Positions 20,731-30,209 of a DNA stretch of 64,000 nucleotides are shown here, piece after piece. The position numbers were made by a program, and so were the translations under genes. Every line of letters begins with the position of its first letter. The stretch's first letter is position 1. The stretch lies in assembly GCA_963803145.1 (NCBI GenBank), contig CAWDLW010000017.1, positions 64,001-128,000 on the forward strand. Reading direction: 5' to 3'. Source of the stretch: Methanotrichaceae archaeon (lineage in GTDB: Archaea > Halobacteriota > Methanosarcinia > Methanotrichales > Methanotrichaceae). The notes under the pieces are model-generated. The model made no database searches. It worked only from the letters and a program-made list of their open reading frames with translations, and had not been told where the DNA came from.

Positions 20731-21239
20731 GAGAATACCTCCAGTGTGGTCTGGCTTTCTCTCGTCCTCGGACTGGCCTTTGCAACAATTCTTGCCTCAG
20801 CTCTCGGCCCTTCATCAAAGTAGAATACTCTATCAGCGTTCGCAATAAGATTCTCTAGGTAGGGATCGGGCTCCGGCACATAGAGCAGTACTGTAGCATT
20901 ATTCGAGGCTTCTCTCATGGAATGAGAGACGTACTCTGTTATCTCTCGAGCATCCTCGTAAAGTAGGGGATCGTGCTCTATTATCATAATCGTATGACGA
21001 TTCTCCTCAAGTATAGTCATTAGCTGGAAGACCGTGAAGGCTCGGCGAATCTCCAGCGCTTCAAACCTGCGGTCTAGGCTGCTAAGGATTGCAGAATAGT
21101 TCCCGCAGACATAGAGCACCTTGAACCTCTGGATGTTGAGATGACTATTAAGGGCCTGGATGAACATCTCCCTAGAGGCGATGAGGGCATTAAAGGATCT
21201 TGGTCTGAGGGTGATGGTGGGGTGTAGCTCAAAGTCCAT
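20727..21239 (-). CDS. Degenerate RecA/RadA-like protein of PolB2-type cassettes
   Basis: IRRAFTVFQLMTIL motif; no Walker A. Confidence 0.65.
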   Translation of the reverse strand: MDFELHPTITLRPRSFNALIASREMFIQALNSHLNIQRFKVLYVCGNYSAILSSLDRRFEALEIRRAFTVFQLMTILEENRHTIMIIEHDPLLYEDAREITEYVSHSMREASNNATVLLYVPEPDPYLENLIANADRVFYFDEGPRAEARIVAKASPRTRESQTTLEVFS

Positions 21240-21685
21240 GCTAAAAGAAAGATAACTTCAGGGATTAAAGACAGATGCATGAGTGTGGCGTGAAAGTAAA
21301 ATGGATTTGATTCGCTATGGACGCCTTAGGTTTAAGTATTTATCACTTACAGCAAATAGCGATAACTCTTTGGAGCAACGAAGAGACGATCTGGAAAAGG
21401 CAGTCTTGAACGGAACCACTGATATCAAGCTGTAGAACCAGTTCACGTTCGGGGAGTTCTAATCTCCTCAAAGGAAGCTATTTGGTTGTTAAAGATTCCT
21501 AAGTATCCCAACCAAATGATTCAGCTCGCGTTATCTACCATTTGATTGAAGGTTAGTTTCCTCCTCACAGCGTGAAGAAGTATGGGCCATTTGTATGTTA
21601 TTTATACTTTCTTTTATGTTAATATGGCATTTTTTCATATTTTTACCCCAAAACTACTTATTCTCATACGAAGAATAAGCATACT

Positions 21686-21904
21686 ATGGCAGGAGTTCTT
21701 GAGCAGATGAGGAGGTCTAAGAGAAAACTGGTGAGAGATAGTGTATCCACAGCCAAAATCGACCAGAATGTTCTGGAGCTCCAGGCAGCTATGGAAATCC
21801 TGGCTGAGGTCTTTGGCACCAATGTATCGGAGATAGATGAGCTGCTCAAGCATCGGTGTGATGAAATGGGGGAATGGCCACTCGAGTTCTGTCTAGCAGA
21901 GTGA
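21686..21904 (+). CDS. Small hypothetical protein, paralog of 20500-20730
   Basis: VLELQAAMEILAEVF...EWPLEFCLAE. Confidence 0.7.
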   Translation: MAGVLEQMRRSKRKLVRDSVSTAKIDQNVLELQAAMEILAEVFGTNVSEIDELLKHRCDEMGEWPLEFCLAE

Positions 21905-22171
21905 TCTCAAATTTTTTCTGGCAAACTGATTAATGGTCTTTTAATTTCCTTCCGGCTCTTATTAACCGTCTGGAATCTACATACTCGATTGATATCTATA
22001 TGAAGCACGAATAGCTCTATGTGTTCTCTCATTATTGATCATTCTACCAAACAGGGACAAAGTCTGCAATGGATGATCTCTAATATAAAGATGTATTTTG
22101 TTCGTTCCTTTATTTAGGGGGGCCTCTTTTTCTCGATCGAAATCTATATATCCGTCTATTGTCGTATATAG

Positions 22172-22250
22172 TATTAGGCAAAAGTCGAATAACATTTCGT
22201 TCCCATTTTTAAAGGCTTTTGCCTCCCTCCTATTCATCGTGCTATGTTGC
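22172..22250 (+). ncRNA. Candidate small RNA 1 (5' hairpin followed by CCUCCCUCCU)
   Basis: TATATATC at 22145; stem AGGCAAAAGTC 22176-22186 / GGCTTTTGCCT 22214-22224; homolog at about 23320. Ends are approximate. Confidence 0.45.
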
Positions 22251-22624
22251 GATTGATTCATTTCTAGTCTTTAATTAGGCCGCTGCACAATTAATTAAAT
22301 TTAAATAGTTTAAAATCGTATTAGCCTATAGTGGGCCTCGATGTATTCTTCCCCCTGAAGCCATCGCGCCATAAGATCATCCAATAGCAAAGATCTTGGA
22401 AACATTCGTCATTATCTTTTCTTCCTCTATCTACTAGATATTCCGATCCTTAAGCACTCATTATTAGTGATTGCATTGTGCAGACTCGTTACTCAATAGT
22501 CTTTAATTATGAGCAATGACCCATAATTTATAGTGTCTTTATATCACCCTATCGCCTATTTCTGGATTAAATTAATATTACATGAGCTCTCTAAGACACC
22601 TATCTTTGTTCAGGAGGAACCATC

Positions 22625-22906
22625 ATCGTAGAGAAAGAAGAGAAGAAATCAAGAAATTTTGCCCTTAGGGACAAAAAGGGCAATGAGAGTGGAGTCTTCA
22701 CTGGATCATCGCCCAGGCAAGCAGCCCTAAAAGCAGCCAATCGGGGCGTTACTGATATCAGGCTCCGAGAGCGAGGCACAAAGAAGGTGCATGTGTTCCA
22801 GGGAGAGCGCGTGCAGGTGAAAAAGCCGGCCAATGCCCCGGCCTGGATGCCAGATAAGATCTGGAAGCCGAAGGTCAAGAAGATAGGTGTCGAGAAGCTG
22901 GAATAA
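22625..22906 (+). CDS. Non-histone chromosomal protein MC1 (missed by the ORF track; apparent ATC start)
   Basis: Translation RNFALRDKKGNESGVFTGSSPRQAALKAANRG...IRLRERGTKKVHVF...PAWMPDKIWKP is a clear MC1. AGGAGG RBS at 22612-22617. Confidence 0.92.
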   Translation: MVEKEEKKSRNFALRDKKGNESGVFTGSSPRQAALKAANRGVTDIRLRERGTKKVHVFQGERVQVKKPANAPAWMPDKIWKPKVKKIGVEKLE

Positions 22907-23320
22907 TTAAATCTCGCGATTTTTCGCAGGTCGCGCAGCCCCATATGCAGCTTCGAGATGAGATCAAATGTCGGGATGCGCCGAAGCTTTTCGTTTTTAC
23001 GTTTTCTTTGATATAGTCATTCAAGTAAATATTTTATTTTCCTAAGCCCTAACGCAGATCTGCGGAGGAATATACGAAGCCTTTGAGGTGCTCCGCTTGC
23101 GATGGCGTTAGCATTTCGGTGAAATATCTGGGAAGCTGAGGCAAGGGCAAGCGCAGATTCAGCATCTCTAAGGTGCTGGATTCCCGTGAAAGGATGCTGT
23201 GGATCAGCGTTGGTCCGCCCTTGCTCGATTATCCTATTCTCTGATATTACTTATCATCCCCACCAGCTATCGATCTTCTGATAATCGCTAACTTTATATA
23301 TCGGCGATTCGCGTATATGT

Positions 23321-23405
23321 TATATGGCAAAAGTCGATACACCTCTTTAGTCTGACTCCTACATCTGGACTTTTGCCTCCCTCCTTTTCGTGATACAACG
23401 TTGTA
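23321..23405 (+). ncRNA. Candidate small RNA 2 (homolog of candidate 1)
   Basis: TATATATC at 23295; perfect stem GGCAAAAGTC 23326-23335 / GACTTTTGCC 23368-23377, then TCCCTCCTTTT. Confidence 0.45.
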
Positions 23406-23524
23406 GTATGCTGTGGTTTATACTATCCCGCTATGGGTAGTAAAATAGTGTATTCGTTAGCGATTTTGATGGACCTTCAAAAACAAGAAATAGGGGGGGA
23501 ATTACCCCTTAGACCTTTATGCTA

Positions 23525-23725
23525 TTAGAGATGCGTTCAGGTATAGCTGGTATTGGCGGTTAGGGCATAGGTGCCACTAGCTGTTACGGCTGGCTTGCCG
23601 AGTGCGATCGGTACTGCAACATCGTTGAAGTAGTGAATGTGACCTTGACCGCTCACGTTGGATATTCAGAAATTATTCGCCAAAGTGAAATCATTGACGT
23701 GAACTGTGATAGTTCGTTGCCTGCT
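23525..23725 (-). pseudogene. Decayed fragment of a secreted beta-sandwich protein
   Basis: ITVHVNDFTLANNF*ISNVSGQGHIHYFNDVAVP..GKPAVTASGTYA..ANTSYT* with in-frame stops. Confidence 0.5.
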
Positions 23726-23804
23726 GGTACAAACATTATAAATAAGTTTGACTACTTTAGAAGGAGAACAAAGCATTGCATAGCCATATTCTCTAAGAGG
23801 ATTT

Positions 23805-24761
23805 ATGATAATAAAGGACGAAAGAATCGATGAGAAAATGACAAACATTGCACATAAAGATCTTTATAGTTTTGAGCCCACTAATTTAGATAAAGTTCTT
23901 TTTCCTGATGCTGGTATAACTAAAGGCGATTTGATCGATTATTACAGAAAAATATCTGGATTTATGCTTCCTCATATGAAGGATAGGCCAGTCACTATGC
24001 ACCGGTTCCCTAACGGCATAGGGAAAAGCGGTTTCTTCCAGCAGAATATACAAGATTATTTTCCGGATTGGATAGATAGGATTACCATAAACAAGAAAGA
24101 TGAAGGAAGCGTAACTCACCTGTTATGCAATAATGAAGCTACGCTGGTCTACATGGCCAATCTCGCTTGTATAGCGCCGCATATATGGCTGAGCAGAGCG
24201 GATAAGTTATTCTACCCAGATAAGATTATAATCGATTTGGACCCTTCGGATGACTTTGAACAGGTCAGATCCGCAGCATTTTATATCAAGGAAGTTGCAG
24301 AGAAGCTTGAACTTAGATCTTTTATTATGCTAACGGGCTCACGAGGGTTACATGTGGCTTTTCCCCTAATTAGGAATGAGAGCTTTGATGAAGCTCGCTT
24401 CTTTTCACAAGAATTGGCAAAATACTTAGTCAATCAAAATCCTGATCTGTTTACTTTAGAGGAGCACAAAGAAAAACGCAGTGGTCGGGTTTTCTTGGAT
24501 ACATTACGAAACTCATATGGTCAGACCTCCATAGCTCCATATGCCATCAGGGCCAGATCAGATGCTCCTGTGGCTGCGCCCATTGAATGGATCGAGCTTA
24601 GCAACGAGGAGATAGATTCTAGATATTATGATATGGAGAACATGCTCGTTAGGATAAAACAAAAGGAAGATCCCTGGAAGGGATTTTACAACGAGGCACA
24701 ATCATTGAAAAGACCTAGACTGCTGTTGAAGGATATGCTCAAAAATAATTTAGATAAATAA
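23805..24761 (+). CDS. ligD: LigD-type primase-polymerase domain (stand-alone)
   Basis: TNLDKVLFP, ITKGDLIDYY, RFPNGI, IDLDP, GSRGLH, FLDTLRN, APYAIR. Start may be 23838. Confidence 0.9.
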   Translation: MIIKDERIDEKMTNIAHKDLYSFEPTNLDKVLFPDAGITKGDLIDYYRKISGFMLPHMKDRPVTMHRFPNGIGKSGFFQQNIQDYFPDWIDRITINKKDEGSVTHLLCNNEATLVYMANLACIAPHIWLSRADKLFYPDKIIIDLDPSDDFEQVRSAAFYIKEVAEKLELRSFIMLTGSRGLHVAFPLIRNESFDEARFFSQELAKYLVNQNPDLFTLEEHKEKRSGRVFLDTLRNSYGQTSIAPYAIRARSDAPVAAPIEWIELSNEEIDSRYYDMENMLVRIKQKEDPWKGFYNEAQSLKRPRLLLKDMLKNNLDK

Positions 24762-25325
24762 ACTTTAGGCCGTATAGGCTTATCAGAACATAGCACCATT
24801 TTTGCCACTGCATAACCTACACGGCACCAACTTTTATCATACTGCCCATCGGCAGGTTTCGAGTTTACATCAGTCCCGTTGCTATCAAAGCTACGACAAA
24901 TATTACCAGTAGCGCTATCCAATAGGGAAATACATTTGCACGCGCTGATTTGACCATATCTTTTCCTACCTTCAATATTTTTGGTTATTTTCCTCTTGGG
25001 GTATAGAGTATTTATCCTTTATGGTGAAAAAGGGTAAAAAGCCAAAAAGGGGAATCGTTAAAAGTAATCCTAAGGGAACCATGTTCCCGCGATCTGTATA
25101 GGTCTATTTTCTCGCTTAGGGCACCATTTGAACGATTTATAGTCTAAAAAACGGATAATGGCCAGTAATGATATCACCACTGCTGAATTCTCCACTTAAT
25201 ACTTTGTTCCCTTAATGGATAACTTCAAGCAGGCATAAGAGATGCTATGATCGCATACGTAGTCTTTTAATACACATAAATATCTATAGGTTTTACTAAG
25301 TGACGAGAAGAGGCGCAGCAGTCCA

Positions 25326-25772
25326 ATGCCCAGCAATAGATATACAAGGATAGAGATTACGCCTGATGCCTACAGAGCACTCGAAGCTGAAGCCATCCTC
25401 CAGAGAAAGACACTAAAGAAGCTTGCATCTGAGCTGATAATGAGCAGTGTCTCCAAGAAGGCATTGGATTTCATCCAAGAAGTCAGCACTCCCCACGTGG
25501 AAAACGTGGATTTCAGCGATCCAAAGATTGCAAAGGTAATCGATAAAATTGGCGCAACAGATATGCATATCGATGAGCATCTCTTGGAGACCATTCAGGA
25601 GATACTGCTGAACGAGGGCTATCAAGGAGCAATGTTATATGCTGCTCAGCACACAGCCTCTGCTGAGAGGGATGAACTTCATAGAGTGCTGACTATCTGC
25701 GAGCGCTATAAGGTTTCTCCTACGGTAGCTGCAGAGATTATCAGCGATCTAAACACGATCAAACATCGGTGA
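25326..25772 (+). CDS. Hypothetical protein with ribbon-helix-helix-like N-terminus
   Basis: TRIEITPDAYRALEAEAILQRKTLKKLASELI; GAGG RBS. Confidence 0.7.
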   Translation: MPSNRYTRIEITPDAYRALEAEAILQRKTLKKLASELIMSSVSKKALDFIQEVSTPHVENVDFSDPKIAKVIDKIGATDMHIDEHLLETIQEILLNEGYQGAMLYAAQHTASAERDELHRVLTICERYKVSPTVAAEIISDLNTIKHR

Positions 25773-25813
25773 GCATATTCTAAGGATACTCAAAAGATCG
25801 GAAAAAATGATAG

Positions 25814-25887
25814 CGGACCCGCCGGGATTCGAACCCGGGTCCGAGGCTCCGGAGGCCTCTATTCTATCCAGACTATACTACGAGTCC
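25814..25887 (-). tRNA. tRNA-Arg(CCG)
   Basis: Acceptor GGACTCG/CGGGTCC, anticodon arm GAGGC-CTCCGGA-GCCTC, T-loop GGTTCGAATCCC; CCA not encoded. Confidence 0.95.
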
Positions 25888-25979
25888 AAAAGTGTAGAAC
25901 CAAAAATTCACTGAATATAACAGATATAAAACTATGGGATATAGGCAACGGGATTAGCCCCGTGTACCTAGCTCTCCTT

Positions 25980-26288
25980 TCAGCTTTCGAGCACAATCTC
26001 TATGTTTACGTTCTTTGGGACCTGGATTCTCATGAGCTGCCTTAACGCACGCTCATCTGCATCTAGATCTATCAAACGCTTATGTACCCGCATTTCCCAG
26101 TGGTCCCATGTGGAAGATCCCTCACCATCGGGGCTCTTTCTGCAGGGAACCTGCATCCTCTTCGTAGGCAGGGGAATTGGCCCCGCCATGTGTACGCCCG
26201 TTCTCTGGGCGATCCCCTTGACCTGGTTGCATATATCATCCAGCATCAAGGGATTCGTCCCCGAGAGTCTTATCCTTGCTTTCTGCAT
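25980..26288 (-). CDS. rpsJ: 30S ribosomal protein S10 (uS10)
   Basis: [27 protein letters not shown]. Confidence 0.98.
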   Translation of the reverse strand: MQKARIRLSGTNPLMLDDICNQVKGIAQRTGVHMAGPIPLPTKRMQVPCRKSPDGEGSSTWDHWEMRVHKRLIDLDADERALRQLMRIQVPKNVNIEIVLES

Positions 26289-26308
26289 GCTTTAACACCA
26301 AAAAAGGT

Positions 26309-27583
26309 TTAGCGAGGAGTTACAGTCATACACATTCCAGCGGCGACTGTAGTTCCCATGTCTCGGATGGCAAACCTTCCCATCTGCGGGATCTCCTTCA
26401 CTGGCTCTATAACCATTGGTTTTGAAGGCGTGACCATAATAATGGCTGCATCGCCGGCTTTGATGAATGCCGGGTTCTCCTCCTTAACAGCGCCTGTCCT
26501 CGGGTCGAGCTTGGCCAAGATTTGAGATATAGTGCATGCAATCTGCGCTGTGTGGCAGTGGAAGACTGGCGTGTATCCCGCGGATATTGCGCTTGGGTGC
26601 TGCAACACAACGATCTGGGCCTTGAACTCTTTGGCTACGGTCGGAGGCTTCTCTGGATGTCCGCAGACGTCTCCACGTCGAATATCCTTCTTGCTTAGTC
26701 CACGCACGTTCCATCCGATATTATCGCCAGGGAGTGCCTCGGGGACCTCTTCGTGATGCATCTCTATTGACTTGACCTCGCCAGCTACATTTGCAGGCTC
26801 GAAGATGATCTTATCGTTCTTCTTCATGATGCCCGTTTCCACACGACCTACAGGCACTGTGCCTACACCTGAGATTGTGTAGACATCCTGCACGGGTACA
26901 CGCAGTGGCAGATTCGTTGGCTTTTGGGGTACCTTGAGGTTGTTCAGGGCTTGCAGAAGTGTCGGGCCCTTCCACCACTTCATATTATCGCTTGGCTTAG
27001 CAAGGTTATCTCCCATCAATCCCGACATTGGAATGAAGGGTATCTCATCTACCTTATATCCGACCATCTTCAGTAGCTTGCTTATCTCTTCCTTTGCCTC
27101 AAGGAATTTCTTCTCATCAAATGGCGGGGTAGTGGCATCGACCTTGTTCATGCCTATGATTAGCTGGCTTACTCCTAGAGTCCTTGCAAGGAATACGTGC
27201 TCTCTGGTCTGGGCCTGGACACCATCTATAATAGATACCACTAGAACTGCGGCATCTGCTTGGCTCGCTCCAGTGATCATGTTCTTGACGAAGTCCCTAT
27301 GTCCTGGGCAGTCCACGACGGTGAAGTAGTACTTGTCGGTATCGAAGCGTTGATGGGCGATATCAATGGTAACGCCTCTCTCGCGCTCTTCCTTCAGGCT
27401 GTCCATAACCCAGGCGAACTCGAAGGTAGATTTGCCCTTCGATGCCGCCTCCTTCCTGTACTCATCTATGACGTGCGCATCCACTGCGCCAGTCTCAAAC
27501 ATCAGTCTTCCTACTGTGGTTGACTTACCGTGATCAACGTGGCCAATGAATGCTAAATTGAGGTGTGGCTTGGCTTCTGCCAT
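26309..27583 (-). CDS. tuf: Elongation factor 1-alpha
   Basis: [37 protein letters not shown]. Confidence 0.98.
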   Translation of the reverse strand: MAEAKPHLNLAFIGHVDHGKSTTVGRLMFETGAVDAHVIDEYRKEAASKGKSTFEFAWVMDSLKEERERGVTIDIAHQRFDTDKYYFTVVDCPGHRDFVKNMITGASQADAAVLVVSIIDGVQAQTREHVFLARTLGVSQLIIGMNKVDATTPPFDEKKFLEAKEEISKLLKMVGYKVDEIPFIPMSGLMGDNLAKPSDNMKWWKGPTLLQALNNLKVPQKPTNLPLRVPVQDVYTISGVGTVPVGRVETGIMKKNDKIIFEPANVAGEVKSIEMHHEEVPEALPGDNIGWNVRGLSKKDIRRGDVCGHPEKPPTVAKEFKAQIVVLQHPSAISAGYTPVFHCHTAQIACTISQILAKLDPRTGAVKEENPAFIKAGDAAIIMVTPSKPMVIEPVKEIPQMGRFAIRDMGTTVAAGMCMTVTPR

Positions 27584-27673
27584 TATTTATTCCTCCAAAC
27601 ATTCTTCATATTTTCCTGTATTTCCGCTTTTCCGGTTTAAATCTTTTCGAAGGCGTCTGCTGGTCTTACGCCT

Positions 27674-29878
27674 TCAAATAACCTTCAGATAATCGCTAGG
27701 TTTCGGCATCTCAGGCTTGAGTCCCTTTCTTGTTCTGATCTGACTGACTGTCTCAAGCAAAAGGCTCGCAGGCAAAGGCTCGAAGCCTGCAAACTCTGTG
27801 GACCAGAGTGCACGGCCTTCTGTGGCAGAACGTATAGCTCCTGCAAACCCGAACATCGAAGCAACAGGCATCTTGGATTTAATGACGTAACTATCGCCCT
27901 GTTCCTCCGTGTCCAATATAACGCCTCTGCGTCCCTGTATCTCAGACATGGCTCCGCCATATTGTTCCGTTGGCACTTGTATAAAGACGTTCTGGAAGGG
28001 TTCAAGCAGCACTGGCTCTGCCATGAGAATCCCTGCCTGGACTGCCTGCCGCACAGCCGGTATGACCTGTGCAGGGCCGCGATGGACTGCATCTTCGTGC
28101 AGCTTCACATCAACGAGCTTAGCCTTGATTCCCTGGACAGGCTCACGGGAGATGGGGCCATTCTTAAGCGCCTCTTCGAAGCCTTCCAGTATTAGCTCCA
28201 TGGTCTCTTTGAGATACTGGATGCCCTTTGTCATGTTGAGCAGGAGATTGGTCCCATAGTAGCCGGCGATGCTTTTGGCCTCTTCCTTATTCATACCCTT
28301 CTCGATAAGGAGATTTCTTCTTTCCAGCTCATCCATCTTCATGCTGATTTTACCCTCTTTTAGAGCTTCGGCCACGCCGGGCTCTAGAGGCTCGAACTCA
28401 ATATAGAAACGGTTATGGTGGTTGGGTGACTTCCCTTCTACAGGCCCGGCCCTTCCTGCGATGGACTCGCGGTATACTACTATTGGCGGCGATGTCTTCA
28501 GCTCCACTCCTCTGTCGCGCTGGAGTCTTGTAACTGTGACATCCAAATGTAATTCGCCCATGCCGGCCAGGAGGTGCTCGCCAGTCTCCTCGTTGATTGT
28601 GACCTGCAGAGTTGGGTCCTCTTTGGCCACCTGCCTTAGAACCTCTACAACCTTAGGCAGGTCGCGCATGTTCTTAGCCTCAACAGCGACGGTCATTACA
28701 GGCTCAGAGACGTGCTTTATTGCCTCGAAGGCAGTCATGCCTTCTATTGAAGATACCGTTGAGCCGACAATGGCATCGCGTAAGCCCGTTACCGCAGCGA
28801 TGTTTCCTGCGGGGATTGACTCCACTTCGACGCGCCTTGGCCCCATGAAAACTCCCGTCTGCATAACGCGGTTTGTATCGGCTACGCCAGAGACGTAAAG
28901 CTCAAGGCCTCGCTTCAGGGTTCCAGAGAAGAGTCTGCCTGTGGCAACCTCGCCAGCGTGGGGATCGACCTTGATCCTTGTGATCATTAAGGCCACAGGT
29001 CCGCTCGGATCACAAGCGGCCATGGACTTCCCTACGGGGCTGTCCCAATCCCCATGCCATATGGTCTTTATTCTATCCTTTTGGGCAACAATTGGGCTTG
29101 GCAGGAAGTGGACAACCATATCATTGACCGTTTTATACAGTGGGACCTTTTCAGCCAGCTCCTTCATATTGCCTGCCTTGCAGTAATCGTAGACCTTTTC
29201 GATATTGATGCCTGTTTTTTGCATTATGGGCGTGCTGACTGCCCAGTTATAACGGGCAGAGCCGATAGCTACCGTTCCTTTGACAGCATCAATCTTCCAA
29301 CCGGCATCGAACTTTTCCTTGTCCATTCCTTCAATTAATTTGTTGATATTTGCTATGAGCTTGCTTATGCGGGCAGCCATCTCTTTCTTCTCTACCTTGA
29401 GCTCATTGATCAGGCGATCTGTTTTGTTGATGAATAGAACCGGCCGAACGCCCTCACGGATAGCCTGCCTAAGCACCGTCTCCGTCTGGGGCATAGCGCC
29501 CTCTACGGCATCCACAACTACAACTGCGCCATCGACGGCACGCATAGCCCTGGTGACGTCGCCTCCGAAATCTACGTGGCCTGGAGTATCTATCATATTG
29601 ATGAGGTATTCCTTGCCATCCACTTCGTGGACCATGGATACGTTTGCTGCATCGATGGTGATTCCTCTGGCCTGCTCCAGAGGATCGAAATCCATGAAGA
29701 GATCGTGATCGAAGTGGCCCGCCTTATCTAGGGATATCATGCCCGCGCCTGCGACCATGTTATCTGAAAGAGTTGTTTTGCCATGATCGATATGTGCTAC
29801 TATTCCAATATTCCTGATCATCTCAGGCTTATCCATCAGAGCCTTTCCCTGCTCGACTATTTTCTCCGCCCTAGTCAT
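27674..29878 (-). CDS. fusA: Elongation factor 2
   Basis: [22 protein letters not shown], diphthamide loop HEDAVHRG. Start MTRAEK. Confidence 0.97.
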   Translation of the reverse strand: MTRAEKIVEQGKALMDKPEMIRNIGIVAHIDHGKTTLSDNMVAGAGMISLDKAGHFDHDLFMDFDPLEQARGITIDAANVSMVHEVDGKEYLINMIDTPGHVDFGGDVTRAMRAVDGAVVVVDAVEGAMPQTETVLRQAIREGVRPVLFINKTDRLINELKVEKKEMAARISKLIANINKLIEGMDKEKFDAGWKIDAVKGTVAIGSARYNWAVSTPIMQKTGINIEKVYDYCKAGNMKELAEKVPLYKTVNDMVVHFLPSPIVAQKDRIKTIWHGDWDSPVGKSMAACDPSGPVALMITRIKVDPHAGEVATGRLFSGTLKRGLELYVSGVADTNRVMQTGVFMGPRRVEVESIPAGNIAAVTGLRDAIVGSTVSSIEGMTAFEAIKHVSEPVMTVAVEAKNMRDLPKVVEVLRQVAKEDPTLQVTINEETGEHLLAGMGELHLDVTVTRLQRDRGVELKTSPPIVVYRESIAGRAGPVEGKSPNHHNRFYIEFEPLEPGVAEALKEGKISMKMDELERRNLLIEKGMNKEEAKSIAGYYGTNLLLNMTKGIQYLKETMELILEGFEEALKNGPISREPVQGIKAKLVDVKLHEDAVHRGPAQVIPAVRQAVQAGILMAEPVLLEPFQNVFIQVPTEQYGGAMSEIQGRRGVILDTEEQGDSYVIKSKMPVASMFGFAGAIRSATEGRALWSTEFAGFEPLPASLLLETVSQIRTRKGLKPEMPKPSDYLKVI

Positions 29879-30209
29879 GATATGCCTCGCGAATTTTAAG
29901 ATAAAGGTTACAATCTTAAGACTCAGAATCCTCGAGTTCAATCTATATAAGCCTTCGGCCATCTCTGTGCGATTATCAATATTTCATGATCGTTCTACCA
30001 AGGCAGATCTCAATGGTAAGATAGAGATCATATTGGCAAGATCGGCAGAGCTTTGGAATAGAAGTCTTAAGTAATACTTCAACTAAAATGCAATTGCGTT
30101 ATATAAAGCCTTCTGCTGTGCATGAGCGATGGACTATAATAAATGCCGGATCATGACATTGTAGGTAAAGCTTAAATCGATGAGGCCCTAGCTTGCATGG
30201 GTTTTCATA

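Noticed and set aside
20156-21444. GAAC-N2-GTTC palindromes at 20156 and 21435 (and GAAC-N3-GTTC near 25076) as SOS-like boxes
   Set aside because: Only 8 specified bases, so about one hit is expected by chance in 64 kb; spacing differs from known LexA boxes and positions relative to genes are inconsistent.
21977-22261. 94-aa minus-strand ORF over the hairpin element
   Set aside because: No recognisable motifs, and the frame is not conserved in the homologous element at 23.3 kb.
22600-22944. 114-aa minus-strand ORF in the track
   Set aside because: Antisense shadow of the MC1 gene.
24686-24922. 78-aa minus-strand ORF downstream of ligD
   Set aside because: TTG start, overlaps the ligD 3' end, no recognisable motif.
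25772-25887. tRNA-Arg as the attachment site of an integrated element
   Set aside because: No integrase in the window and I saw no duplicated tRNA 3' end.
29879-29962. N-terminal extension of EF-2 (and similar track extensions of ala, nurA, rubrerythrin)
   Set aside because: Extensions cover promoter or IS sequence; downstream ATGs fit family N-termini and RBS positions.
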